A stretch of DNA of 34,723 nt from a bacterium (GTDB lineage Bacteria > Patescibacteriota > Minisyncoccia > Phycocordibacterales > CALRBL01): NCBI GenBank assembly GCA_043745565.1, contig JAYTST010000009.1:1-34723 (forward strand). The letters run 5' to 3'. Shown in pieces: positions 1-7,575 of the stretch; position 1 is the stretch's first letter, and the number at the start of each line of letters is the position of its first letter. Both the position numbers and the translations under genes were made by a program. The notes beneath the pieces were generated by a model. That model ran no database searches. It saw nothing but the letters and a program-made list of their open reading frames with translations, and was not told the origin of the DNA.

Positions 1-221
1 ATAGTAGGCACTGAACTTTTAATAATCAACTCGGCAAGGGAAAGCGCAGAATTAAATTCTCCTCCACGGCAATCACCGAAAATGAACGTAACAATTTTAT
101 TCGGATCAGTCTCAGAAAAAATGTTGAACTGTTTTATTGCTTGTACAATTAATTCTTCAGTAAGTTCATCTACCGAACCCTTAACTGCGGGAAATTTGCC
201 AAAGTAAAGTATTCGTTTCAT
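1..221 (-). CDS. ClpP/S14-like peptidase family protein, N-terminal part only (gene runs off the left edge)
   Basis: ATG at 219-221 (complement). The translation MKRILYFGKFPAVKGSVDELTEELIVQAIKQFNIFSETDPNKIVTFIFGDCRGGEFNSALSLAELIIKSSVPT follows the ClpP-type layout, with GDCRGG where ClpP has NSPGG. Absent from the ORF track because it is truncated. Confidence 0.35.
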   Translation of the reverse strand, partial: MKRILYFGKFPAVKGSVDELTEELIVQAIKQFNIFSETDPNKIVTFIFGDCRGGEFNSALSLAELIIKSSVPT

Positions 222-541
222 CTGCCCCCTTTCTGGTTGAATTGTTTAAAGAGCTGTGGTATCTTTGACATAGAACATATCACATGTCGTGATGTGGCAC
301 AACCGGTACATAATCCATGTCAACAAACAAAAAACTCGGACCAAGACAACTAGCCGCACATCTCGCACAACTCGAGCGAAACAGCGGAAGTAGCAAAGTA
401 AGAGGTAACTTCCTCGGAAATATTGCCTTCAACACTGACGGCACACTATCACGGTTCAAGAACTGCGCCGACGCGGATCCGCGAGACCAAAAACAAATTC
501 GCGAAAATTCGCGAGATTAAGTCGATCAACCGCAACCCTTC

Positions 542-589
542 GAGACCCTACCATCGCCACCTGGCGTTGGTAGGGTCTCTTCTTTTTTT
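542..589 (+). terminator. Rho-independent terminator of a plus-strand transcript
   Basis: 12-bp GC-rich stem gagaccctacca / tggtagggtctc with a 14-nt loop, followed by ttcttttttt on the plus strand only. Confidence 0.7.
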
Positions 590-596
590 ATATAAT

Positions 597-788
597 TTAT
601 TCCAAAATAATATCTTTGCCTTGTTCGATAATTTCTTCTTCGGATAGAGCAAGGTCTTGCTCTATGGTTCTCATTTCAATTTCCTCTTCGGAAGAATATA
701 CATGGCTCATATTTATACCTAAAAGTTTTAATTCCATATACCGAGCAATTTTTTGTATATTTGGATTAAATTGATTTTCAGATTCCAT
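597..788 (-). CDS. Small acidic hypothetical protein (63 aa)
   Basis: ATG-initiated ORF 6 nt downstream of the preceding ORF on the same strand. Glu-rich; no family recognised. Confidence 0.45.
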   Translation of the reverse strand: MESENQFNPNIQKIARYMELKLLGINMSHVYSSEEEIEMRTIEQDLALSEEEIIEQGKDIILE

Positions 789-794
789 ATTATT

Positions 795-1331
795 TTAAAT
801 TCGTGAAAGAGTAATGAGTAAAGCAAATCTCCCATAGGATGCTCTGTTGGCTACCACCTCTTGCATCCATGAGTTATCTTTCTGATGTGCCTCTAACTGA
901 CGGGAAAAAATATTTATATTATCAATAGTTGCATCGTGAACAATTCGTCGCATACTATCAACATCTCTCCATTCTTCTGACTTACCGATCTCTTCCTCAT
1001 TATCTCGCTCTGCCAATCTCTTATATTTTGCCACAGTAATTGTATATTGCAGGCAGGACTTGAGCATGATCTCCAATGTTTCTTGCAATTCCTCATTTCC
1101 TTCAGTCATATTTTCCAGTTCTTCTACACTGATAGGAGGATCACGGTGCCATACCTCAAAAAGTGGCTGAATTTCTTCACTATCGGGTTGATCTATGGCG
1201 AACATTTTATTTATAAATAATTTGTGGGCGATGCAGGACTTGAAGCTTACAGCTTCAGTACACCTTTTGGATTTTTTCCTCGTTAACTCCTCAAAAATAC
1301 TCAAAAGGTTTTCAAGTCCTGCCGAAAGCAA
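795..1331 (-). CDS. Hypothetical protein; the start is probably the internal ATG at 1205 (137 codons)
   Basis: The track ORF starts at a TTG. Its first 42 codons are built from tRNA-Val-derived fragments (1221-1244 and 1311-1322). The only ATG is at 1203-1205 (MFAIDQPDSEE...). No family recognised. Confidence 0.5.
   Translation of the reverse strand: MLSAGLENLLSIFEELTRKKSKRCTEAVSFKSCIAHKLFINKMFAIDQPDSEEIQPLFEVWHRDPPISVEELENMTEGNEELQETLEIMLKSCLQYTITVAKYKRLAERDNEEEIGKSEEWRDVDSMRRIVHDATIDNINIFSRQLEAHQKDNSWMQEVVANRASYGRFALLITLSRI
1221..1244 (-). repeat. Direct copy of the tRNA-Val 3' end (20 nt of tRNA plus 4 nt of trailer), att-like
   Basis: tttgtgggcgatgcaggacttgaa is identical at 1221-1244 and 1373-1396. 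Confidence 0.9.
1311..1322 (+). repeat. Inverted 12-nt copy of the tRNA-Val T-arm segment
   Basis: ttcaagtcctgc on the plus strand equals the sense sequence of the minus-strand tRNA-Val T-loop and 3' T-stem. Confidence 0.7.
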
Positions 1332-1376
1332 TATTATTGCTTTCTATCGACCAAACAAAAAATGACGTTTTGTTTG

Positions 1377-1449
1377 TGGGCGATGCAGGACTTGAACCTG
1401 CGACCTTCTCAGTGTAAATGAGTTGCTCTACCAACTGAGCTAATCGCCC
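1377..1449 (-). tRNA. tRNA-Val (anticodon TAC)
   Basis: The reverse complement GGGCGATTAGCTCAGTTGGTAGAGCAACTCATTTACACTGAGAAGGTCGCAGGTTCAAGTCCTGCATCGCCCA folds as a cloverleaf. Anticodon loop TTTACAC; T-loop TTCAAGT; no encoded CCA. Confidence 0.9.
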
Positions 1450-1559
1450 GATGAAGCCACTCTATCATAGCGAAACAGTTTCGTAAATTAGTGCCCCCTC
1501 AAGGGCTCAGATTATGTGAAGTGAGACCCTACAAGGACATGTAGAAGAAAACTTCCAAA

Positions 1560-1952
1560 CTATTTTGACCCCGCTCGGTCTATCAACTTTTTACTGAGCC
1601 AATAAGCTACGGCAATTCCAAGTAATCCAAAACCGAGATCATGTAAATCAAAAGTCCTATTTCGAGAAAATATCTGTAAGGTCTCGTCTATAGTTGCATA
1701 CAATCCTACTATTGTTGCTCCAAGAGGAAAATGTAATCCGAATAATTTGTATTTTCTTCCATCGAAGGCCATCTCTGCCAAAAATCCAAATATCCCGAAG
1801 AGTATAAAGTGGCCAATTGAATCATAATACGGAATAGATTTTATTTCAGTCGGTATAAATTTAAGATACGCGAGAATAGAAACCAGCATGAGAAAAATCA
1901 TTGCTGAGATAGCACTGTAAATCCATCTTTTATTTTCTTTCATATTAATCAT
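1560..1952 (-). CDS. VanZ-like membrane protein
   Basis: Four TM segments plus YDSIGHFILFG and IDETLQIFSRNRTFDLHDLGFGLLG motifs. The track ORF extends to 2036 (TTG; ATG at 2033) but would overlap the upstream gene by ~90 nt. The ATG at 1950-1952 overlaps it by only 8 nt. Confidence 0.6.
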   Translation of the reverse strand: MINMKENKRWIYSAISAMIFLMLVSILAYLKFIPTEIKSIPYYDSIGHFILFGIFGFLAEMAFDGRKYKLFGLHFPLGATIVGLYATIDETLQIFSRNRTFDLHDLGFGLLGIAVAYWLSKKLIDRAGSK

Positions 1953-2514
1953 CCCAACTAAAAAATAAATACCAATTATCAGTAATGTGACGATAGATGG
2001 GAATGTTACTTTCTGCTGAAGATTCTGAATCATCAATTGAACTTACGAGATTTTTAGGGGTATTTGGAAGGTAAGCATAACCTTTTTGGTCGCCTCCAGT
2101 CACAAGCCCAAATGCGTAAGTAGTAATGTAGACGGAACCATCTTTTTGTCTATTGATTCCAGTATCAGAATCAATCTCCTTAAATAACCGACGGTATTCA
2201 TCCCAGCGTTCTTTTGGAAAACCTAATTCTGATTCCGGTCTTGGCCAAGCGGCACTATTTTCTAATCTAGTAAAACTTTTGGCAATTCTGGTCACCTTCT
2301 CATCTTGGTTAGACATTGTAACCAATGTATCAAAATCTGCTTGATGCTGATAAAAATGATCTATCATTGCCTGATCCTTAGATGTCGACATCTTTCCACC
2401 ACCTAAAATATAAATGAATGCGGTGAAAAAGATAGTAATAGAAATTCCTATTGCAACAATAATACCTAATGTGATTAAAATTATCTTTTTGAATTTTGGT
2501 GACATTGCCCACAT
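1945..2514 (-). CDS. Membrane-anchored hypothetical protein (189 aa)
   Basis: ATG start, N-terminal TM helix (IILITLGIIVAIGISITIFFTAFIYIL), soluble Trp/Tyr-rich domain. No family recognised. Confidence 0.55.
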   Translation of the reverse strand: MWAMSPKFKKIILITLGIIVAIGISITIFFTAFIYILGGGKMSTSKDQAMIDHFYQHQADFDTLVTMSNQDEKVTRIAKSFTRLENSAAWPRPESELGFPKERWDEYRRLFKEIDSDTGINRQKDGSVYITTYAFGLVTGGDQKGYAYLPNTPKNLVSSIDDSESSAESNIPIYRHITDNWYLFFSWDD

Positions 2515-2540
2515 ACTAGCTTAATCTAAAGAGATTGAGT

Positions 2541-2584
2541 AGCAACTTACCAACTCCACCACCTCGGTAAGTCTCACTAGCTTG
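2541..2584 (-). repeat. Conserved tRNA-Arg 3' trailer hairpin (copy 1)
   Basis: Read on the minus strand: caagctagtgagacttaccgaggtggtggagttggtaagttgct. It has 21/24 identity with the trailer of the other tRNA-Arg (11160-) and a stem acttacc / ggtaagt. Confidence 0.6.
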
Positions 2585-2656
2585 TGCTCCCGGTTGGAAT
2601 CGAACCAACATTGACGGCTTAGAAGTCCGTTGTTCTATCCATTGAACTACGGGAGC
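2585..2656 (-). tRNA. tRNA-Arg (anticodon TCT)
   Basis: The reverse complement GCTCCCGTAGTTCAATGGATAGAACAACGGACTTCTAAGCCGTCAATGTTGGTTCGATTCCAACCGGGAGCA folds as a cloverleaf with anticodon loop CTTCTAA. Confidence 0.9.
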
Positions 2657-2681
2657 AATTGTCGTGTCGACTATAGCAACG

Positions 2682-3014
2682 TTACCTGGATGGGTCAACG
2701 AGCGTGGTGGAACTTGAGGTCGTCCCCACTGGCTTTACGAGGCCTTGCCTCGCTTCGAGATATACTTCTACTTTTTCAAGATCACTCAGTTTTTGGGAGG
2801 AAACGACGGGAGCTGCGGGAACAGTAAAATCAATCTTATTATGATACGAAAGAAAAAGATAAATATTTGTTGCACTTACCACCAAGGCAAGTACAAAAAA
2901 AGTATATATTATTTTTTTCCAATCATGATGTGCGTGAATTTCATTGTATAAAAAAGCCTTGGACTGTTTGCCTTTTTTTTGAAACGTTACTTTTTTAAGA
3001 AATGCAAGATTCAT
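2682..3014 (-). CDS. Single-pass membrane protein, last gene of the pilMNO-like operon
   Basis: ATG start 14 nt after the PilO-like gene. One TM helix (IIYTFFVLALVVSATNIYLFL). No family recognised. Confidence 0.5.
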   Translation of the reverse strand: MNLAFLKKVTFQKKGKQSKAFLYNEIHAHHDWKKIIYTFFVLALVVSATNIYLFLSYHNKIDFTVPAAPVVSSQKLSDLEKVEVYLEARQGLVKPVGTTSSSTTLVDPSR

Positions 3015-3027
3015 ATTTGATTTAAAT

Positions 3028-3588
3028 TTATTGTGCTAATTCTGGAAGCGAAATACTAAATGTACCTCGCCATACCGCTTCTTTTGTGTTTGTGCCTCCG
3101 GTAGAAGCGCCTCGCTCAGTAGAGAGATCAAGAAGTGAGAGCTTGATTGGATAGTGTGAATTTTCAAACCGATTAAGAAGTGACATGACATTTTCAAAAC
3201 TACCTTCGGAATCAACAGTAAGTTTGAAGAGACTCACAGAAGCAGGAGCCCCCGCTTCTGACGCGACCTCGAGTGAACGAATAGTGCAACTGAGCGAAAG
3301 TTCCCCACACAACGCTTCTGTTGATGAAATAAAACTTGCCTCTTCTCCGTTTTTAATAAAGAGTCCAAATACATCATTTTGGCGCGATATAAGATTTGTC
3401 GCTTTTTTGGCATTATTTTCAAGTGTCGTTTTTATATTTTTCTGTAAAGCATGATCATTTTCCATACGAAGACGGGCGTCACGAACAGCGCTAAACGAGA
3501 GAAAGAAAAGAACATACACTGCGACCATCGCCACGCTTAAGATCAGAGTGAGGGTGAGCATTATTTTTACGGTGTGTTGGGTCTTCAT
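3028..3588 (-). CDS. PilO-like type IV pilus assembly protein
   Basis: N-terminal TM helix, a polar helical segment, then a small C-terminal domain. It sits directly after PilM and PilN genes (3-nt gap). Assignment rests on architecture and position. Confidence 0.5.
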   Translation of the reverse strand: MKTQHTVKIMLTLTLILSVAMVAVYVLFFLSFSAVRDARLRMENDHALQKNIKTTLENNAKKATNLISRQNDVFGLFIKNGEEASFISSTEALCGELSLSCTIRSLEVASEAGAPASVSLFKLTVDSEGSFENVMSLLNRFENSHYPIKLSLLDLSTERGASTGGTNTKEAVWRGTFSISLPELAQ

Positions 3589-3590
3589 AT

Positions 3591-4115
3591 TTATTTAAAT
3601 TTAAGTTCGATGGTGAAATCGTTGTTGGTACTTTTAGCAATATCGTCAATCGGGAAAATCACTTCCTTAAAAAAGATATCTTCTTTCAAAGCCTTATAAA
3701 AAGCGATCAAGTCGTTTCGTGTTTTAGCAATTCCAACAATTCCCACACCTTCGGGATTCCACCGTATGGTAGTGATGATTAAAGTTGAAGATTTTTTATT
3801 TAAAATGCGATTGATAATTTCTGATACTTTAGGGGTTCCGTTCATCGCTGTGATTCTTGTTGAAAGATATGGGATTAATTCTTTTACTTTGCTTTCAGAA
3901 GGAGTAATAGCTTGTGATACGGTACTCGACGAACCAACTTCAGTTTGACTTGACCATTCTGCCAACTGAGCTTTTTCGAGAATGTATGCTGGTAAAAGTG
4001 TCACCACAGCAATTGCTCCAAGCGCAAGAAAGAACAAGGCAATAACAAGTACCAATCGAAATCGGTATTCCTTTCGTACTCTCTTTTTTTCTTCTAGTGG
4101 AAGGAGGTTGAGCAT
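3591..4115 (-). CDS. pilN: PilN-like type IV pilus assembly protein
   Basis: N-terminal MLNLLPLEEKKRVR (the INLLP signature of PilN) followed by one TM helix. 2-nt gap after pilM. Confidence 0.7.
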   Translation of the reverse strand: MLNLLPLEEKKRVRKEYRFRLVLVIALFFLALGAIAVVTLLPAYILEKAQLAEWSSQTEVGSSSTVSQAITPSESKVKELIPYLSTRITAMNGTPKVSEIINRILNKKSSTLIITTIRWNPEGVGIVGIAKTRNDLIAFYKALKEDIFFKEVIFPIDDIAKSTNNDFTIELKFK

Positions 4116-4116
4116 A

Positions 4117-5202
4117 TTAATCTATTTTAGGTAACGAAAGTCCGATGGCAGCTGCAAAATTAAGCGCTTCTGCTTGGGCAATGGGCGGAATATATTCGTC
4201 AAATGTTGCCACGTTAGTCCACACATTTCCCACTTCAGTGGTTACTTTAATATTTTGACTTAGGTATTCTTTAAAACCTAAAATGAGAGAATCTTTTCCG
4301 CATAGCACTATTTTATTGATAGGAACTTCGGAATTGCCCTTTTTATCTTTGAGTGTGTGCCAATAGATAAATACTTTTTCAATTTCCTCGCGGAATACTG
4401 ACGCAGTACTAATAAGTGCTGAAAGAACTCCTTCATTATCTGTACTCCGAGTGAATCCTTTGGTTTTTTTGAGTTCTTCTGCTTCCGGGGCTGTAATTGA
4501 AAACTGTTTCATCAAGGCTGCAGTGAAATCGTTACTGCCTATTGAAAGTGTTGATGTAAATTGAACTGAGCCGTGATTAACTACAAAGAGTCCCGTGCGC
4601 GTATCACTTATGTTTACAATAAAATACACATTGGGGTCATCTTTTTTGATAAGTGCTTTTGAAATCGCCTGGGCTTCAATAAGAAAAGAAAGTGGTACAA
4701 GATCGCATTCGCGAAACAATGCAATATAACTTTCTACAACCTGTCGAGGAAGCACCGTTACCACGACGTTAACATGATTACTTTCTTCGGAAAGTTTGTC
4801 ATCAATAATTATATAATCGAAAATACATTCATTCCCCGCCAACGGCACATTTTCTTCCAAGCTTAGTTCGATGGTATTGCGCATAGATTCATCATCGGTA
4901 AATTCGATGGTTGTTTTAAAAAGATAGGCCTTTTCTTCTGGAATAGATGCCTCAATGTATTCCAAGTGAAATTCTTTCTTCCATTTTTTTAGAATAGTCT
5001 TTACTTCCTCATGATTACCTTCGGAAAGTGAAAAAGGTGTGGTGAGATTTTCTTCGGCGAATTTTCCTACCTTAAAAAAAGTTTTGTTGTAATGCGTTTC
5101 GATAAAACGCATAGTCATTGTAGAAATATCAATACCAACGCAAGGCATCTCCAAGAATCGGGGTGCGGGGAAATATCTAAAAAAAGTTTTTTGACGGAAC
5201 AT
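4117..5202 (-). CDS. pilM: PilM-like actin-fold type IV pilus assembly ATPase
   Basis: 361 aa. GIDISTMTMRFIE phosphate-1-like motif and actin/FtsA-like length, directly upstream of pilN. Confidence 0.75.
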   Translation of the reverse strand: MFRQKTFFRYFPAPRFLEMPCVGIDISTMTMRFIETHYNKTFFKVGKFAEENLTTPFSLSEGNHEEVKTILKKWKKEFHLEYIEASIPEEKAYLFKTTIEFTDDESMRNTIELSLEENVPLAGNECIFDYIIIDDKLSEESNHVNVVVTVLPRQVVESYIALFRECDLVPLSFLIEAQAISKALIKKDDPNVYFIVNISDTRTGLFVVNHGSVQFTSTLSIGSNDFTAALMKQFSITAPEAEELKKTKGFTRSTDNEGVLSALISTASVFREEIEKVFIYWHTLKDKKGNSEVPINKIVLCGKDSLILGFKEYLSQNIKVTTEVGNVWTNVATFDEYIPPIAQAEALNFAAAIGLSLPKID

Positions 5203-5247
5203 GTTGTAAATAGTGTAGCATATTCAGCAGTGTTTTTTTATTTTTAA

Positions 5248-5583
5248 CTACACCACCTTCGCGCCTTTCGCTATTGGACTTGTTGGTTCAAGAAATGAAA
5301 ACTGACTTTGGTCATCAGTTGTTGCCATGATCATGCCGTTACTTTCAACACCACAAATTACGCGTGGGGCGAGGTTTGTTACAAAAGGAAATTTTTTACC
5401 GACTAAGTCTTGCGGCGAAGTTACGTGAAGTGCTACACCTGAAACAATGGTTCGTGGTACTTCTTCTCCAAAATCCACGGTTAACTTAAGCAACTTGTCA
5501 GTTCCTTCGAGTTTTTCACAAGCGATCACTTCACCGATCTTCACTTCTATCTTTTTAAAATCATCAAATGATATTTTTTCCAT
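5248..5583 (-). CDS. tRNA-binding domain protein (Trbp111/CsaA/MetRS C-terminal domain family)
   Basis: 111 aa. FKKIEVKIGEVIACEKLEGTDKLLKLTVDFGEE..RTIVSG and NLAPRVICGVESNGMIMA match the OB-fold tRNA-binding domain. Confidence 0.8.
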   Translation of the reverse strand: MEKISFDDFKKIEVKIGEVIACEKLEGTDKLLKLTVDFGEEVPRTIVSGVALHVTSPQDLVGKKFPFVTNLAPRVICGVESNGMIMATTDDQSQFSFLEPTSPIAKGAKVV

Positions 5584-5605
5584 ATGTGTGTATGTTTATC
5601 TAAAT

Positions 5606-6001
5606 TTATTGGTAAGTTCCATTTTTCTTTTTATCTAAATAGCTCTGAAGAATGAGAGTGGCAGCCGAAGAGTGGGTTTTCTCTCCCCCACCCTGAATGT
5701 GGCGGGCCTCTACGGAGGTCATAAACTCAGGTTCGAAATGAATCGGCAATCCGACACGTAAAGTGATATCCTCCACAAACTCCCGCGCGGCAACCATTAT
5801 TTCATTCTCCTCTCCTTGAAAATTCTTGGACTCACCCACCACAATAATCTTAACCTCTTTTTCGATACAGATCTTTTCAATGTCATTTACGAGCGTTTTA
5901 CTGTTATTAATACTGTCATGCGGAAAGGCCATCTCTCCATTCATATCAGAAAGTGAAATGCCGATGTGTTTCTTTCCATAATCAATACCTAAGTGACGCA
6001 T
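5606..6001 (-). CDS. ruvX: YqgF/RuvX putative pre-16S rRNA nuclease / Holliday junction resolvase-like protein
   Basis: MRHLGIDYGKKHIGISLSD N-terminus, IIVVGESKN, C-terminal AATLILQSYLD; typical 131-aa size. Confidence 0.85.
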   Translation of the reverse strand: MRHLGIDYGKKHIGISLSDMNGEMAFPHDSINNSKTLVNDIEKICIEKEVKIIVVGESKNFQGEENEIMVAAREFVEDITLRVGLPIHFEPEFMTSVEARHIQGGGEKTHSSAATLILQSYLDKKKNGTYQ

Positions 6002-6043
6002 GCGTCAATAGTTTCATAAAAAAGAACTTGGTACAATAGTGAG

Positions 6044-6532
6044 ATGGTTGAAAATTATCATCGCACACCAAATACACAATGTGCTCAATGCGCCAAATCA
6101 ATTTACCGTAGACCTTGCGAAATACAGAAAGGTAGGGTATTTTGCTCCATAGGGTGCTATGCCATTTCAAACAGGAAAGAAATCCCCTGTGCTACTTGTG
6201 GTACAATGATTTTGTCGAGTTTCAACAAAAAGACCTGTAGTCGTAGTTGTGCGAACATTCACCGAGCGGGTATCAAGTACAAGATAGATAGTCCGAAGGA
6301 TAAGGTCAAGTCTCAAAAGGCCCTCAAGCTCCGTTTGCTTAAAGACCGCGGAGAAGTATGCGGAAGATGTGAGTATTCAAAGTTAGAAATACTACAAATT
6401 CACCATAAAGACAGGGACAGAAATAATAATGATTTGGCTAACTTGGAGCTTATCTGCCCTAATTGTCATTATGAGGAACATTTTTTAGAAAAAAGTTGGT
6501 TAAAAAAAGGAGAAGTGGCTCGAGAGGTTTAA
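6044..6532 (+). CDS. HNH endonuclease with N-terminal Cys-rich zinc-ribbon repeats
   Basis: C-terminal CGRC...LQIHHKDRDRNNNDLANLELICPNCH (HNH beta-beta-alpha-metal motif). N-terminal repeats CAQC..FCSIGC and CATC..CSRSC. The last 8 codons lie inside tRNA-Ser. Confidence 0.8.
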   Translation: MVENYHRTPNTQCAQCAKSIYRRPCEIQKGRVFCSIGCYAISNRKEIPCATCGTMILSSFNKKTCSRSCANIHRAGIKYKIDSPKDKVKSQKALKLRLLKDRGEVCGRCEYSKLEILQIHHKDRDRNNNDLANLELICPNCHYEEHFLEKSWLKKGEVAREV

Positions 6533-6596
6533 GGCACCGCACTTGAAATGCGGCATCCGGGAAACCGGATCGTGAGTTCGAATCTCACCTTCTCCG
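6509..6596 (+). tRNA. tRNA-Ser (anticodon TGA), long variable arm
   Basis: GGAGAAGTGGCTCGAGAGGTTTAAGGCACCGCACTTGAAATGCGGCATCCGGGAAACCGGATCGTGAGTTCGAATCTCACCTTCTCCG. Acceptor GGAGAAG/CTTCTCC; anticodon loop CTTGAAA. Confidence 0.9.
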
Positions 6597-6642
6597 CATT
6601 AAGAACTTAGTAGATACATGACCCACAGGCCTCAAAAGCAAC

Positions 6643-7005
6643 ATGAACGACATAACCAATACAATTAAAGAATTAGAACTATCGCTTCTGAAACCAGAAA
6701 TACGGTCTTCAAAAGAGGCGCTTGATAAATTACTAGCCAGTGATTTTGTTGAATTTGGAACGTCAGGTAATAAGTATACAAAGACAGATATTCTTAAAAG
6801 ACTCCCAAATACCCTTGAAAGGGTTGAATACGTGGTGAGCAACTTTGCTGTTGATACACCTGCCGAAAATATTGCAGTTGCTACATTTAAAACAGAAAGA
6901 ACGACTGATGGTAAAGATAAAGTCATTTCCCTCCGAAGTTCTCACTGGAGAAAAACTGATGGTGAGTGGCAAATGTTTTTCCATCAAGCGACACGAATTG
7001 GCTAG
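6643..7005 (+). CDS. DUF4440 / SnoaL-like (NTF2 fold) protein
   Basis: 120 aa. LLASDFVEFGTSGNKYTKTDIL and the C-terminal SSHWRKTDGEWQMFFHQAT pattern are typical of DUF4440. Confidence 0.6.
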   Translation: MNDITNTIKELELSLLKPEIRSSKEALDKLLASDFVEFGTSGNKYTKTDILKRLPNTLERVEYVVSNFAVDTPAENIAVATFKTERTTDGKDKVISLRSSHWRKTDGEWQMFFHQATRIG

Positions 7006-7025
7006 ATTTGTAGAAGATCGACCTC

Positions 7026-7119
7026 GACCCACATACCTCAATTTATTTTCCAAAATTCTGCTAAAATACCCTTACACATGTCTCATGGCTCTGATACTTA
7101 ACCCACATGGCCCGCCAAG
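7026..7119 (+). repeat. Three-block intergenic repeat, copy A
   Basis: Shares three blocks with 7576-7666: GACCCACRTACCTCA, AAWTCTGCTAAA(A)TACCCTTAC and TTAACCCACATGSCCCGCCAA. Confidence 0.85.
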
Positions 7120-7211
7120 AAAATAAAGTATCGGCACGACCCGAGTGGTTGGGATTGTGGGGCGACCCAAATAGATGGTATAATTTATTCAATACTAATA
7201 AAATAAAAATT

Positions 7212-7568
7212 ATGAAAAATCTTTTTAAATTCGAAGGAAGAATCGGGCGAAAACAATTCGCACTATCATTTATAGGAGTGGTTGCCTTTTTCTTTATTCT
7301 ACAGACCTTATTTGATCTTAGTAGACCAGCCCTCTTTAATACCATTGGTACGCTTGGTTTTACGCTCGTATACACGGCAGTTGCTTTTATCGCTTTACTT
7401 TGTACGATAATTGAATTTGGATTAATGACACGAAGACTCCATGATTTTAATAAGAGCGGTTGGTATGATTTGCTTGTTTTCATACCTTTCGTTAACTTAA
7501 TTTTCATTCTAGTACTTTTTTTTGTTAAGGGCAGCAATGGTGAAAATAAGTACAGTATGACAATTTAG
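7212..7568 (+). CDS. DUF805 family inner-membrane protein
   Basis: MKNLFKFEGRIGRKQF N-terminus and RRLHDFNKSGWYDLLVFIPFVNLIFILVLFF..G..GENKY are DUF805 hallmarks. ATG at 7212; the track start at 7107 lies inside repeat A. Confidence 0.8.
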   Translation: MKNLFKFEGRIGRKQFALSFIGVVAFFFILQTLFDLSRPALFNTIGTLGFTLVYTAVAFIALLCTIIEFGLMTRRLHDFNKSGWYDLLVFIPFVNLIFILVLFFVKGSNGENKYSMTI

Positions 7569-7575
7569 GTAGCCT

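Noticed and set aside
240-592. Identity of the orphan GC-rich unit as tmRNA, RNase P RNA, SRP RNA or 6S RNA
   Set aside because: I searched both strands by eye. I found no GGTTCGA-type T-arm with an ACCA end and no tag-peptide frame ending in a hydrophobic tail plus stop. I also found no GAGGAAAGTCC / ACAGAA P4 signature and no GGAA tetraloop with an AGCA symmetric loop in the proper context. The class remains unassigned and needs a covariance-model scan.
6585-7537. Minus-strand ORFs 6585..6926, 6763..7053 and 7061..7537, and plus-strand ORF 6845..7126
   Set aside because: They are antisense to, or out of frame with, the recognisable DUF4440 and DUF805 genes, or they span the non-coding repeat. 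No motifs or start signals are present.
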